Assembly: GCF_006345805.1 (NCBI RefSeq) | Contig: NC_043011.1 | Span: forward strand, 66,848,464 to 66,912,463 | Length of the DNA: 64,000 nt | Direction of reading: 5' to 3' | Source of the DNA: Octopus sinensis | Taxonomy: Eukaryota | Part shown: positions 40,921 through 56,326 of the stretch, in pieces | Layout of the letters: each line of letters begins with the position of its first letter | Numbering within the stretch: the first letter of the stretch is position 1 | The notes under the pieces: generated by a model | What the model saw: only the letters and a program-made list of their open reading frames with translations | What the model was told of the DNA's origin: nothing | The model's database searches: none | Translations under genes and position numbers: made by a program

Positions 40921-43630
40921 GTTATTTAGTTAGTAAATTTTTTGGCTCAAAAAGCGAAAAGCCAGGCCTTGTAGTGGGACATGGAGTTTTGTACAGGATG
41001 GTGTTCATATAAAGAGTTCAGGCCTCTTGAGGTCAAGGGAGACTTTGAACCGAGCGGTCGTCGGCATCTTCACTATCTCGTCTGGCAGCTTATTCCACGG
41101 ATCCGCAAACCGGACGGAGAATGCCCCTCTCCTTCGATTGAGATGAAGTCGTCGCAGATAGAGCTTTTCGGAATGACCCCGCAGCCGACGCTCTGGAGCT
41201 GGTGTGACGAACAGCTCTTTCCAGAGGTTACATTTTCCGCTTATGATGTTGTGAGCAAGAATGAGATTTCCACGGCGTCATCGTTTTTCTAGAGAATAAA
41301 GGTCGAGTGTCCTCAGCCTTTCTTCATAAGACAAATACTTGACACCAAGAACCATGCGGGTAGCCAGCTTCTGGACTCTTTCGAGATGCTGTATATCTTT
41401 GAGGAGATAAGGAGAATAGGCTTGAATCCCATACTCCAATATGGTCTCACCAGCATGACATAGAGCGGTAGGAATATGGCTGCTGTGAGAATTCCGAATG
41501 ACCGTCGAATCAAGAACAGAAATCCGCGTGCTTTGTTGGTAGCATGGACGCACTGGGCCGAAGGAGAGAAAACGAGGAATCCACCAAGATACCCAGGTCC
41601 TTTACCTGATCGGTCCTCCTCAGCAGCAGACGACCCGGCTCGAAATCAAGTTGAGTTGCAGGAGGAGAGCCAACAGGCAGATGACAGCACTTTGACACGT
41701 TCAGACATAGGTCCCATTCGTTAGACCATCTCCAAATTTGGTGGAGGCATCGACGAAGATCCTCTATATCACCGCGAGGAGCGACCAGTTTGATATCGTC
41801 GGCAAATAGAAGGGTGTGTTGCGTGAGGTCGTCGGGCAAGTCATTTTTGAAGACTAAGAACAATAAGGGCCCAAGCACTGAACCTTGAGGCACGCCACTG
41901 CTCGCACTGGAGACGTCGGACCGCGAACCATTAACTTGGACTTGGAAGGAGCGATCTGAAAAGAAGGAACCAACCCATCGTACAATATCTGGATGGAAAC
42001 TATATGCTTGAAGCTTGACAAGTAATAGCTGTTGGTTTACCGAATCAAAAGCTTTGGCAAAGTCCAATAAAACGATGTCAACAGCATCACTATCATCGAG
42101 GATGCGCGTCACCAATTCTTCCATTACCAGTAAGTTGGTCAAGCATGATCTCTTCGGCACGAAGCCGTGTTGGGAATCAGAGATAGAGGCTGTGTTTTGG
42201 AGGTGGAGCATCATACGTTTCTTAAGAATGGTTTCGAACATCTTGCTGATTATTGAAGTAAGGGAAACCGGTCGGTAGTTAAGCGGGTCTTCGCGGCTCC
42301 CTTTCTTGAAAATTGGACAGATTATCGCTGTTCTCCAGTCCGCAAGCATAACACTCGTCACCAATGACATATTGAATAGACGTGTTAAGGGCTCGCAGAT
42401 GACCGGAGCCAGCGCTTTGATAACCGTGGGTGTATGCCGTCAGGGACGTGACCCTTGTTGACATTGAGGCCTTGAATAACGCGTTCTGCTTCGTCCAGCG
42501 TGATGATCAATCGAAGCATTGGAGGTACCGATCTATCAAATGGAGGGGATTTACGACCATCATCTTGTTTGAAAATAGTTGAAAAAGCCTCAGCAATTAA
42601 TTGACTCTGCTGATAAGTGTCCTCAATCGATACGCCTGTTGAGTCTACCAACGTTGCAATTTGGTTGTTCAAGCGGGAATTCCGTTGGACATGGGCAAAG
42701 AAAGTTTTGGGATTGCTACTGGCGTTTGCCGCGATTTTGTATTCATATCTGAAGCGTTCTTCCTTTTCAATTTTCACGGCTCGGTCTCGTTGAGTTTTGT
42801 ACACCTAAAAAGCTGCAGTCGAATCCAGATTTTCGAATTCCGCCCATGCAATATCTCTGAGTTGAAGTTCTCGTTTAACCTTCTTCGTCACCCAGGGCTT
42901 GTGTTTCTTCTTCTTGGGAAGCCCAGCGGGAACTGCCTGGTCAGTCAACCAGATTACATATGCTTTGAGGGATGACCATAGTTCGTCAACTGATGACAAC
43001 CTCATCAGGGATCGCCAGTCCAGAAGCGCGGAAGCCTCGGTTAGAATTTCAAGATTAATTGCAGAGAAGACACTACGTGGCACCGAAGTAGTCGTGGGCG
43101 TAGAAAACGTTGTGTGCATGACGAACTTCAGGACCGCATGATCACTCTTGACAAGAGGGGCGCACACAGATACGTCTGACACTGATCTTGGATAGCGGGA
43201 GAATACCAGATCCAGCATAGATGGCTGCTGCCCAGACCGATGCCTTGTCGGATATTCAACATGTTGCGATAGAAAATAATCTTCAGCCACGTCAAGAAGG
43301 ACCTGGCCGAATCGGGAAGATGATGTACAAATTGATGCGGGCCAATCGATCGTGGGAGCGTTGAAGTCTCCTAATATCAAACAGTCATGAGAAGCTGAAA
43401 CGAATGTTATCGCTTCGAGTAAATGAGCATCGTCCTAGGGGCCGGCAAGAGGCGGCCTGTAGACAGCTAACACGGGCAGGCAAAACCCAGATAGGCTCAG
43501 CTTGCAATAGACGGCATCGAATTTTGTTGTAGGTTGGGCATTAGTGGGTAGATTACCGCTGGACTGTTTGAGATCAGATTTAACATACACAGCAACACCT
43601 CCACCTCGTCTTTTTTCTCTTTCACATCTG
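40921..43630 (-). mobile_element. GC-rich CR1/L2-type LINE, 5'-truncated copy of the 56327-60416 family
   Basis: LGDFNAP, LDLVFS, NYRPVSLTS, QHGFVPKRSC, GVPQGSVLGP, FADD; highly similar to 57715-60416; tail taactaa at the low-coordinate end. Confidence 0.92.
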
Positions 43631-43679
43631 ATAACAAAGAGAGAGCTGCTGCTGCTTATTCGAGGCTACTACAATAGAT

Positions 43680-44420
43680 TCAAAGTTAGGTGAGTTTGAA
43701 TAAGATAGTTTCAGAGTGGATCTATTAAAGATAGAGTGATATTTATGCTGTCGAGGGAAGTTAGACTCAAATATACTAAAGACGGATTTAGCTAGGTTCT
43801 TAACGTTAAGTGAGAATGGTGGTGTGTACCATAAAATAGAGCGTTTCCGATGAAGGGATATTGTTATTAATTAATATTCTACAAACAACTGTAAGACCTT
43901 CTATCTATAAATGCTCTAAAATCTATACAGCCTTGGTTTGTTTATCTCGTTACGCAAAAAATTCATATATATATATTGTTATGAGAACATATTTGTCTTA
44001 ATTATAGTATTGTAAAGATTTGAGATTTATTTATTCTGAAGAAGATATGTTTTTCGCCGGTAAATAATTTTTGTCAATAGCATCGGTTGCAATTTGCGTT
44101 TGATAATTTTGCGTGCGCACAAATTTCCTCGATTGTTTTATCTCCAATGAGTACGGGCAGATTATGAATGATGATATTGAATGACTTTTTGTATCTTGGG
44201 TTTTGTGAGGAGATGTGACTGCTTTTAAATTTTGTGTGATTTTTCGGTTAACTTCCCTTAATGCTTGTATGACTATTTCCTTTCTTCGCTTCACCCCTTC
44301 GTTTATTAATGATGGTGGGTAATGTCTTCTGCGGAGTGTCGAATTAAGTTCACAGAGTCTCCGTTTGCGGAGATTGGTATCCGAAACTATAGTTTATACT
44401 CATTTCGCTAGATTATAAGG
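43680..44420 (-). mobile_element. Penelope-like element fragments (post-RT linker)
   Basis: ILWYTPPFSLNVK and FPRQHKYHSIFNRSTLKLSYS match PLE IWFNPP.../FNRNTLKLSYS motifs; RLCELNSTLRRRHYP upstream. Confidence 0.6.
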
Positions 44421-45303
44421 TATATTAATTTTTAATATATTTGGGTTGGTATGAGTTAAATAACAGGTATGGTTTTGACATTTCCTTGAGAGACGATGAT
44501 AATTTATTTTGCTTTTAGATATGAGAACGGAAACCATTTTATATAAATTTTACTCATATTTAAATTACACGAAGGTTACAGTTACAAAATTCTAAGTATG
44601 GAGTACTCAAATTATAACAGATATTCCAACAGCTATAAACTTTTTAAACACATAAGATATAGTGATATTAATGAAATACATTATTGCTTTCGTCCGAGTT
44701 ATTTTTTACCAGAGATATTAAATACTACTCTGAAAGTAAAATGCATCATAATTTTATATATGAGGAATTATAATTAATGCACATTGAAATATTTTCCAAT
44801 ACCTTACTGTTCTCGTTAAGGAATCGCCCGGTACATATGTGCACTCAAATGTATGTTTTGTCGTAAGAGATTATATTTCATAATATAGTCTCTCATGTGG
44901 GGCTATTTATTATAGCATCTCTGTTAAGTGATACTTCACGATCCATAATGCGAAATCTTAATTAATGTAGAATTCCTGGCTTTCTTACCATTATTGATTC
45001 TGCTTCTATGGTACCATCTTCATCCGGGGTAAATACTTCGAATGCGACATTAAAAACAATTTGAAAATTAAAAGAAACAATGACGCAGTGAAATTCGTTG
45101 AAATATCTCAGAGATATTTTAATCTATATTTAAAGCATACTGTGTAGGGCATTATTAGAATCCTCAATGTCACATATGAAATTGTAGACATTTGTAGTCC
45201 AGTCGATCTAGTTGTGATACTGGAATTTCGTTGTTCGGCTCATCTTTTTGAATAAATTTTTCAAATTAATACGCATATGTACTTCTAGTACCATAAGAAA
45301 TAT

Positions 45304-45363
45304 TTATGCATGTGTGAGCAATAATGTTACAAAAGCAGCTCTGGATACTGGCTGACCGCTAAC
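45304..45363 (-). CDS. Candidate alternative terminal exon (VSGQPVSRAAFVTLLLTHA*), GPI-signal-like
   Basis: Acceptor ttcttccatttacAG|G is conserved with 37715; open in phase 0 with small residues followed by a hydrophobic tail. Confidence 0.45.
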   Translation of the reverse strand, partial: VSGQPVSRAAFVTLLLTHA

Positions 45364-46316
45364 CTGTAAATGGAAGAAAAGTTTCGTTATTTGAGATTTA
45401 ATAAAAACAATGACGTAACGTGAATTAGGTGAGCCTTTTTGCTAGTGAGATGTTTTACTGTGCAATTCCTATCACTTGCATTAATTTCCGAATAGTCTAT
45501 GTTATCTTCGATGATATAAACACAAAATATATTAATGAGGGCCACATATAATTTTATGTTACTTATCAGGATTTGACAAGGTAGATTCCCCTATCAGGCG
45601 GAAGTGAATGTTGAGTTTTTTAAACATATACGCTATGTTTGCATAGGTGCGCTTTCTTGTGCATACCCTATCTTGTACTTTTATTGATTTTAAGCCCGAA
45701 CGTTGACGTAGGTTTACTCGAATTGTTGCTAGATTCCATTTACACCCGCAGATGCTAACAATTGTTGAGGTAGAATAACTACGGTAATTACCAAACCAGC
45801 AGCCTTGAGATCATTGTTCATTGAGGGGAAACTACAGTATCCTATTCTTAAACACTTTCTTTTCAGTTATATACACGTAATAATTAGCTGTACCATTGAA
45901 CGATTTTTCGATTACAATTATATTTCGACGGGCTTATAACTCCATAAATATTATATCATATGTATTATAAAGATTATACACATGTATGCTATCAAAATAC
46001 ATTCAAAATATTCCTGTACGGATATCTGTAGCCCATTTGTATTAAGAGCGAATCAACGCATTCTCATAATTCTAATTCCTATGCTTACTGTGAAATTCAA
46101 TGTTATTGTAACTTCACGGTCTCTTAATGTAATTTTCTAAAACACCCCTTACATTGGAACCATCTTTTAACTTTCTCAATCAAGGAAGATTAACTAGAAA
46201 ACTGACGTAAATTTCATTTAGGACGTTATAATATGACCCTTTGCTCTCCGGGTGCATTGCATTATGTTTTATGCCAATGTTACCGTTATTGAAGTCATAT
46301 GAAACGGTTTACCATA

Positions 46317-46400
46317 CTATGTTACTAGACTCAGCGGCAGTAGAAATATTTTACTTGCTCCAACTATGTTCCACAATACCTTGCCCGACGGAGAAGTATT
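46317..46400 (-). CDS. CRG5 exon 4 (NTSPSGKVLWNIVGASKIFLLPLSLVT*)
   Basis: Acceptor atattttcAG, open in phase 0, shares VG.SK.FLLPLS with the other exon 4 copies; TAG at 46319-46317. Confidence 0.7.
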   Translation of the reverse strand, partial: NTSPSGKVLWNIVGASKIFLLPLSLVT

Positions 46401-46814
46401 CTGAAAATATTTCGAATTAATGTGAAAAATTAGTTTCAAAAGCAATAATAGATTCTCAAACCTATTCCCATGCGAAAAATTATCATCTGCTGAATATAGA
46501 AACCATGATAGAGCAATCGATTACAGATCTTACAAAATAGATTGTCAAAAGCAATTAAAACCACTGCAAGCATAAAGGTTTATGACGTTATTTCAATCGC
46601 TGTACGCCCTATGCCCCATTATTTAGCATTGAATTGCGAGCTAAATATCATTCCTTCTTCCTTCGCTCGATTGTTTCATCAAAGGTGATTTAAAGAAAAT
46701 TAAAGATAGTTTAGATTTTAAAAAAAACAATGATTTTTAAAAAGTCAATTCCTCAGTCGATGCCTTTTAATGGAAATATAATGAACACAAGGCAACTACT
46801 TAGCGGGTACTTAC

Positions 46815-46899
46815 GCAACTCTAAATACATAAAGCCATAAACTGATGGAAACAAACTTTGGATATTCTCCAGATGCAAGATCTAAACTGATTGAACTTT
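46815..46899 (-). CDS. CRG5 exon 3 (R)KFNQFRSCIWRISKVCFHQFMALCI*SC with in-frame TAG and shifted donor
   Basis: Same acceptor as 16952; 8-nt insertion; ancestral donor GTAAGT->CTAAGT; a new GTAAGT at 46814-46809 gives an 85-nt phase 2->0 exon; TAG at 46823-46821. Confidence 0.75.
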
Positions 46900-47088
46900 C
46901 TGGAAAGGGAAAATATGAGCGAAAATTATAAATTCAGGTATTCTTCTATTGTTTATATTTTAAGAAAAACCCCATTTCTGGAGTCAGACTCGACTTTCAT
47001 AATAATTCAATTTGTATTTTCTCTCTGCAAATTAGGTGAAAATAACACACACACACAGACACACACACACACAGACACACACACACAT

Positions 47089-47136
<48 letters not shown>

Positions 47137-48235
47137 GGAAAAATCAAGATAAAAAATGCTGAAATTATTTTACAAAAGATTTTTCACTACCGGTTTCAGC
47201 CATTGAGACTTTTTCAACTGTAAGTATGGAAAACAATCTAATTTTTGAAAACTTAAAATATAAGGTTTTTTTTTAAAGAATATTTGTATAGTGTTCAAAT
47301 ACAATTTGTATTTTCCTTCTTTCTGCCTGTATCTGTCTTACTTGTTTACTCTTGTGGGTTCGAGTTCGTAGTGAATTCCTGGTAGGGAAGAAAAAGGAGG
47401 AGGAGAAGAAGAAGAAGAAGAAGAACAACAACAACAACAACAACAAAACGAAATTGGGATTGCCACTTTAAAAATGATATCTAAATTATAATCAACAAAT
47501 ATAGTACTTAAAACCTAAAATTTACTCTATCAATAAATATATAGACATATAATGAAAAATATATAATTTATTAGTCCATCATTACTTACATAAATACTAT
47601 AAATATCAATATAATATATTTATGAAATACATTAAAAATTAAAGATAAAAATCAAATTAAAAACATATAAACTATCTTAAAAGAACCGGATGATTATTTT
47701 ACGATCAATATACCTCAGTGACTAAGTAATATCTTACAAATTACGTCAAGTTATAATCTAATAATTAAATACATATCATCAACAACTAAATAATTATAGA
47801 TTCAAATTAACAATCAGTATTTATATAGTATACAATACAATACAATGAAACTTCTTAAAGTATCTTAACATATCTTAAATAGAAAAGGTTTACTTAGCTT
47901 TCAAAAACCGTTTTCGAAAGCTTAGTAAAACTCTTCTATATAATTGCCAAATAATTTGGTAATAAAATATTGGTAAATAACTGAGTTAAGGATATATATA
48001 TTTGTGCATATTGCCATGCTAGATCGCTAGCCATTAAGAATTTCTTTATTTTTTCTCCCTGCTTATTTCTATGTTCCTTTCTGTCGAAGAGCGTTGTATG
48101 GACACGTACAAGACTTTCTCACTTCCTGAGAGTTAAACTAGTACATCTGTTTGTTGTTTACACATCCGTCTTCTTCGTTTGTTTATTTTTTTGAAAGTTT
48201 CATTATATATGTACATATACATATATATGTGTGTG

Positions 48236-48280
<45 letters not shown>

Positions 48281-48323
48281 ATATATGTGTATGTATATAT
48301 ATATATATGTATATATATATATA

Positions 48324-48359
<36 letters not shown>

Positions 48360-48433
48360 GTATATACGTATATAATAGAAATATTAAAATTACTAAGTCT
48401 CTATAAAAGAGAACAGCGGCAGCGTTCCCGGAA

Positions 48434-48629
48434 AATAATAGTTATCGCCATACTAATATGGCATTCTTATAAAAATAAGAATAAAGCTGTCCGCTTATTA
48501 GCTCCATGAGGCCATCGCCTTAAGTTAGCTATTTGATACACAAACTGTATCCATATAACCTTCGAACAAGGGAGGTCAGTCGCTCCACACTACTTGACCG
48601 GCCATATTAGTATGGCGATAACTATTATT
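48434..48629. repeat. Perfect 29-bp inverted repeat enclosing ~138 bp
   Basis: aataatagttatcgccatactaatatggc (48434-48462) / gccatattagtatggcgataactattatt (48601-48629). Confidence 0.8.
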
Positions 48630-49339
48630 ATACGTATATATATATATATATATATATGTGTGTATACGTGTGCATATATATATCGGTTTATATATGTATA
48701 TATATGGTTACATATATGTGTATATATGTATGTATATATACATATGAAGTATAAAGGCGTGATTTTGCTCCCGTCCGCCGCACTGATCAGCAGCAAGCTT
48801 CACAGCTACAAACGAAATTGACCATCACATATATTCCTGTATATTTGAAACCACGCGATTCCCAACACGTGAGTAGACTTTTCTTTAACTACAAATTATT
48901 TTCATAAATTTCAAACGACCAAATAAACAAAACCACACACTCCTATGAGAGAGCATTTATTTATATATACACTTCGTCAACACCTTCTGATAACTAAAGG
49001 ATCACCCACATATTAAAAATTAGAAAAAGAAAAGAAAGATAAAATAACTGCAAGTTTATAATTCAAATACAATCACAAACTTCTCAGTATTACAGCAAAC
49101 ATTCTGTAAATCTATTCTACATACTTCTCCCTAAAAAAATAAATAAATAAAAATAATCAACAAAACAAACAAATAAAATAAAATTTAATAAAATATATCC
49201 ACCAGAGTGGTTAGCCATAAAAAAAAACTGGTCTGATAATGAAATCGTCGTTCTAATAAACACGTGGCATTGCCTTACCCAAACAGAAAACATAGGTGCT
49301 TCCTGTCAGAACGAAATTCCTAAACAGACAGTTCATATT

Positions 49340-51670
<2,331 letters not shown>

Positions 51671-51999
51671 AACCCTTTCTAAGTTATTATAAGTTATATA
51701 AACGTACATATATATAAAGAGAGAGAGGGAGAGAGGGAGAGAGAGAGAGTTAATGATCGAAATCACAGTCAACCGCGTCAGATAATTTGTAGCGGAAATA
51801 ACATTTCTTTCGGTGCAAGTTTAAAAACCAAAACATTGTACATGGAGATTTGCTACATTCATCAAAGAACATATCAGGTTCATTGTCGCGATTCCATATA
51901 AATACATGTAGCATTTTGGTAATAGTTTTATAAAGGGAAATGTTCGTCAATATGCAATTGTATAAATAATAAGTTAATACTGAAACCAAATGTAGGATC

Positions 52000-52031
<32 letters not shown>

Positions 52032-52318
52032 TATATATATATACACACATATATATATATATACATATATATATACATATATATATATATCTACATATAT
52101 ATATATACATGTATATATATGCACACATATATATATACACACATATATATACATGTTTATATATATATGCATATATGTATATACATATATATATAGACAT
52201 ATATATATTATACATATACATATATATACTTATATAGATGACCCTAATATATTTATATATATATGTATGTATGTATGTATGTATATATATATACACTTAT
52301 AAATATAACAATATTTAC

Positions 52319-52415
52319 CTGCAGAATCCCTGAGTATCTTGGAGAGGATCTACAAAGGTGGAGGGACAGTGTTGTTTTCCAATTCGATTGCATTCATGTC
52401 TATATGACACTGCAC
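52319..52415 (-). CDS. CRG5 exon 2 (R)AVSYRHECNRIGKQHCPSTFVDPLQDTQGFC
   Basis: Same splice sites, length (97 nt) and phase as 22714-22810; open; Cys conserved. Confidence 0.88.
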
Positions 52416-54001
52416 CTAAAATATGTGAAGTTTGTTTTGAAAATATTAAACGATTATTCCCAAATTAATCTTTTTCTTAAAATACAAATCATTTTAGTTT
52501 GTTAGGTATTCGTATGATACAGATTATACATATAGTTGCTTCATATTCTGTTTTGTGTATTTTTGAGGGCGCTGAAGACGTTTCAATATAGTTATTGCCT
52601 TATGGTTATCAGCTGACATAAATACGCCACTTTACAGGAAACATGCTATATATCGAATGTCCTCGTTCATCACGTTTCTCACTCCGATACATAATGGTGT
52701 TCAGAAATGGCCTCCATTTATTTACCGGGTTTATCATCGATAATATTTGGAGCACGTCGTATAAGTTGCGGAGTCCAATGATTTGATTTCTACAGTTGAA
52801 ATATTCCATTCAGAGTCTACCATATCGTGTTGCTCATCTAATGCAGTTGCTCTTGCATCTGCGTGTTCACAGTTGGGACCTAAGCTTCTATGATATCATC
52901 TATTATACTTTAAATAAATCATATTTTGGATAAACCCTCAAGGGGTGTATTTTGACACCCTTGAATGAAACATTTCACATAATAATTACTCGTCAAAATA
53001 TATGTTTAGCATAATATTCTTTCTTTTTATTTGTCTAGAAAATGCTGTTTCGTTGGATTTTTCCCTTCGTAATACGACAGAATGAGGTATCCGTTTTGCC
53101 TTTGCAACAATCTTGTTCCGTCTATTTCTCAGCATCAAAAAGACCTCGAAACAACTTCACCACACATTTTTAATGGCCCTGTTCAGATACTTATCACAAT
53201 CTTGTTACTTGGACGTGGTATAAGAAGTTTTATATTATGAACACAACTCATAAACCAAAATATTTTGATCACACATATCGAGTTATAAAGATATCATGTA
53301 GAATATATACATATATGCAAAATAATATGTATGTAACGTATATATTTGGTGGAATTACTACACGTGTTTCGTGGCTGTATTTTAGAAATGATAATAATAA
53401 TAAATAGTGAAATCGCTTCAATATAAATATAACCACACTTCAGGTTAAAGATAAAAACAATAAAATAATTAATTAGATAAATTAATAAATATACGTATCT
53501 CGTAAAATACGAAATACATTGACAAATATATTCTTGTTTAAATAAAAACATAGAATAAATTAATTAAAATATTTAAAACAAATATATATATAATGCAAAC
53601 TATATATATATATTAAGTGAAAATTAAATACTATGATTTAATCTATATACATTAAATTAAATTATTAATTAATTTATTTATTTAATAAACATCTAAATAC
53701 AATCTTATACTCATTAAGTAATTTATATTAAAATTTAATGTCAAGTAATATACATAATATTAATACAAGCTTTAAATATTAGAATTAAAATTAGGAAATG
53801 GCTCAAATATATACACACATATTAGATAAACAAACTATATTATTAATATATATGTAGAATCTATAGCAATCACCATGCGCGCGTAAGCGAAGGCCGATTA
53901 TTGAAATCCCTCTCCTTAGTTTGTTTGTCTGTGTGCTTTTCCCCTCTAGTGCTTTTTTCTTTTTTTTTACATTACAATATAATTTCCATATGGATACTTA
54001 C

Positions 54002-54038
54002 GGAAAATGACTAAGAAAAAAACGACGCAATATTTCAT
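54002..54038 (-). CDS. CRG5 exon 1 (signal peptide MKYCVVFFLVIF)
   Basis: ATG at 54038, donor C|GTAAGT at 54001-53996. Confidence 0.85.
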
Positions 54039-55918
54039 TGTGTAATTTCGTGTCGAACAGCTCCTATTCTGGCGATGTGCATGTGGAAACATGTATTGTA
54101 ATTAAATATGAAGTAACATGTGTTTCAACTAACACAGACAGCATGTAAATTAGATCAATGACATGCAATGCCATAATAATATTTTTATACTTTTTATACT
54201 TCTACATTCACGAACAACTGGTACTTAATTTATTGATCCTGAAAGGATGACAAGCAAAGTGACCTCGGCGGAATTTGAAATTAGAACGTAACGACGGACG
54301 AAATAAAGTTAACGTTTTCGACCGGCGTGCTTAAAAAGTCTGCCAGCTCCCCGCCTTGCACGGAGAATAATATTCTTATCTCCTCTAGACTCAATGTCCG
54401 AAATTTTGGTGGTGGGGGCCAGTCGATTAGATCGACCCCATTACGCGACTGCTACTCAATTTATCGGCCCCAAAGAGATGAAAGTCAACGTCGACCTCAG
54501 CTGAACTTGAACTCTGAACGTAAAACCGGAGAAATACCTATTTCTTTACTATCCACAAGGAGCTAAACACAGAGAGGACAAACAAGGACAGACAAATGGA
54601 TTAAGCCGATTACATCGACCCCTGTGCGTTTGAAACCGGAATAGGTGTTGATATTAAGATATGAGCAATGAAATATACCTGAATGTATCATTTTCATTCA
54701 TAATTTACCTTACGATAGTAAACCCTATTCGGTTTAAAACGGTACAGAGACAAATTAAGAGCATCTGTTCCTGAAAGTTTAATGGCATAGTCGACCTTGG
54801 CGTTATTTAAACACGGAACGTAACAGCAGACGAAATACCGCTCAACAATTCGCCTGGTGTGCTAACTGCTCTGCCAGTTCGCTCCTTAAAAGAAGATCCT
54901 CTATTACAAATACAAAGTTTTCGGTCTAGATTTAACAACATTTATTTATGTATTCTTAAAGGCAAACCTTTATGAATTTCTGACCATTCAACATCGCTGG
55001 AGAGCGTATATATTCATGTTGTAATTGAGAAATGTCAGATGACATGGAGGAATGGTAGCCAGTTTCAAATTTGGGGACAAGTCAAGCTATTTCGGTTAGT
55101 GTGGAAAAAGACCATCACATTCAACTCGGCACTTCATTTCTGCATATTTCATCGATCCTAAAGATAAGGTTCCATCGACATCGACGGTAATGGAACTCAC
55201 AATTTCCGCTCTCATTTTCGATCTTTTCCTCCTTCACATTCTTCTTTCTTCTCTAATTGTATTCTCTTTTACTGCTTTTTTATAATCTCCTATTCTCTTG
55301 ACACTTATTCACATTTTTCTTGCTCAACTAATTCCCTTCTCATTGCTTCTCCTCAAAATAGTTAATTGCTTTCTAAACATTACACTCTAATATATACAAA
55401 CACGGATGTGTGTCTATATGAATTTTATGAGTGTGTATCGTCAGTATTTCATATTTCCGAAGAAAAGCACGCTCGAATGCATTAAAAAAGTAATCTAATT
55501 TTAGGAAGTTAAAACTTACGGCCTGTCATAGATTGAGCATTGCGCAGATATAAAGGCTTTAAGAGTATAAACGACTCGTCAGATTCTTTATAATTGCGAA
55601 ACCCATGGTCACTATATGACCCTTGCTGTTTGTTTTCATTGTTCTGTTTGTGTTACTAATTTTGACCCTCTGCAAAATCCTACCTTACATTTAATTTGCG
55701 TTGCGGCTGCAACTGTTTTATCGAAAGCTTATCTTGTTAAATTCTAGAAATATGAGAGTCGAAAAAACATCCAACGATTTATGAAGGGTCTTTCTTTATG
55801 TTCTTGTTTGTTTTCCATTTGTGTCTTTCGTTCTTCGAAAAAATAGTGTTTATTCCATGTACTTCGTATCTTCTGTTGTACACATTCCGTGACGTCCTAT
55901 ACCCACATAGCATGTATA

Positions 55919-56011
<93 letters not shown>

Positions 56012-56326
56012 ATAAAATTTAGAGAAAACCTCTATTAAACAATTCAATAGTGAAAGTCGTTATTCACACCATTAGAAAAGGTTAAATATTCTATAGAACA
56101 TATTCTAAAAATGAATAGAGTACATAAACAATAATTAGTAAATAGACTACGCGTGTTTTGTTGCTATATTTTCAAATATATAATAATAAAATTAATTTGA
56201 TTAAAACTAAATCGATCTAAAATTAATTCTATATAAAAATATAGTCACCCATCATGTCTGTTTAGAATTGCTAACTTGAATTTATCCCTGTAAGTGTGGA
56301 ATCATATTCCCTACTATTATATATAT

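Noticed and set aside
46088-46135. Possible 48-nt exon (ttttAG|KITLRDREVTITLNFT|GTAAGC)
   Set aside because: It lies after the exon 4 stop and has no recognisable counterpart in the paralogous 38.7-38.9 kb block; chance splice-like sites are common in AT-rich DNA.
46815-46897. Alternative frame of exon 3 (SSISLDLASGEYPKFVSISLWLYVFRV) that looks like a pentraxin/LamG strand
   Set aside because: Exon 2 ends in phase 2, which fixes the Cys-rich frame. The alternative frame has several stops in the 16865-16952 paralog and would not join exon 4.
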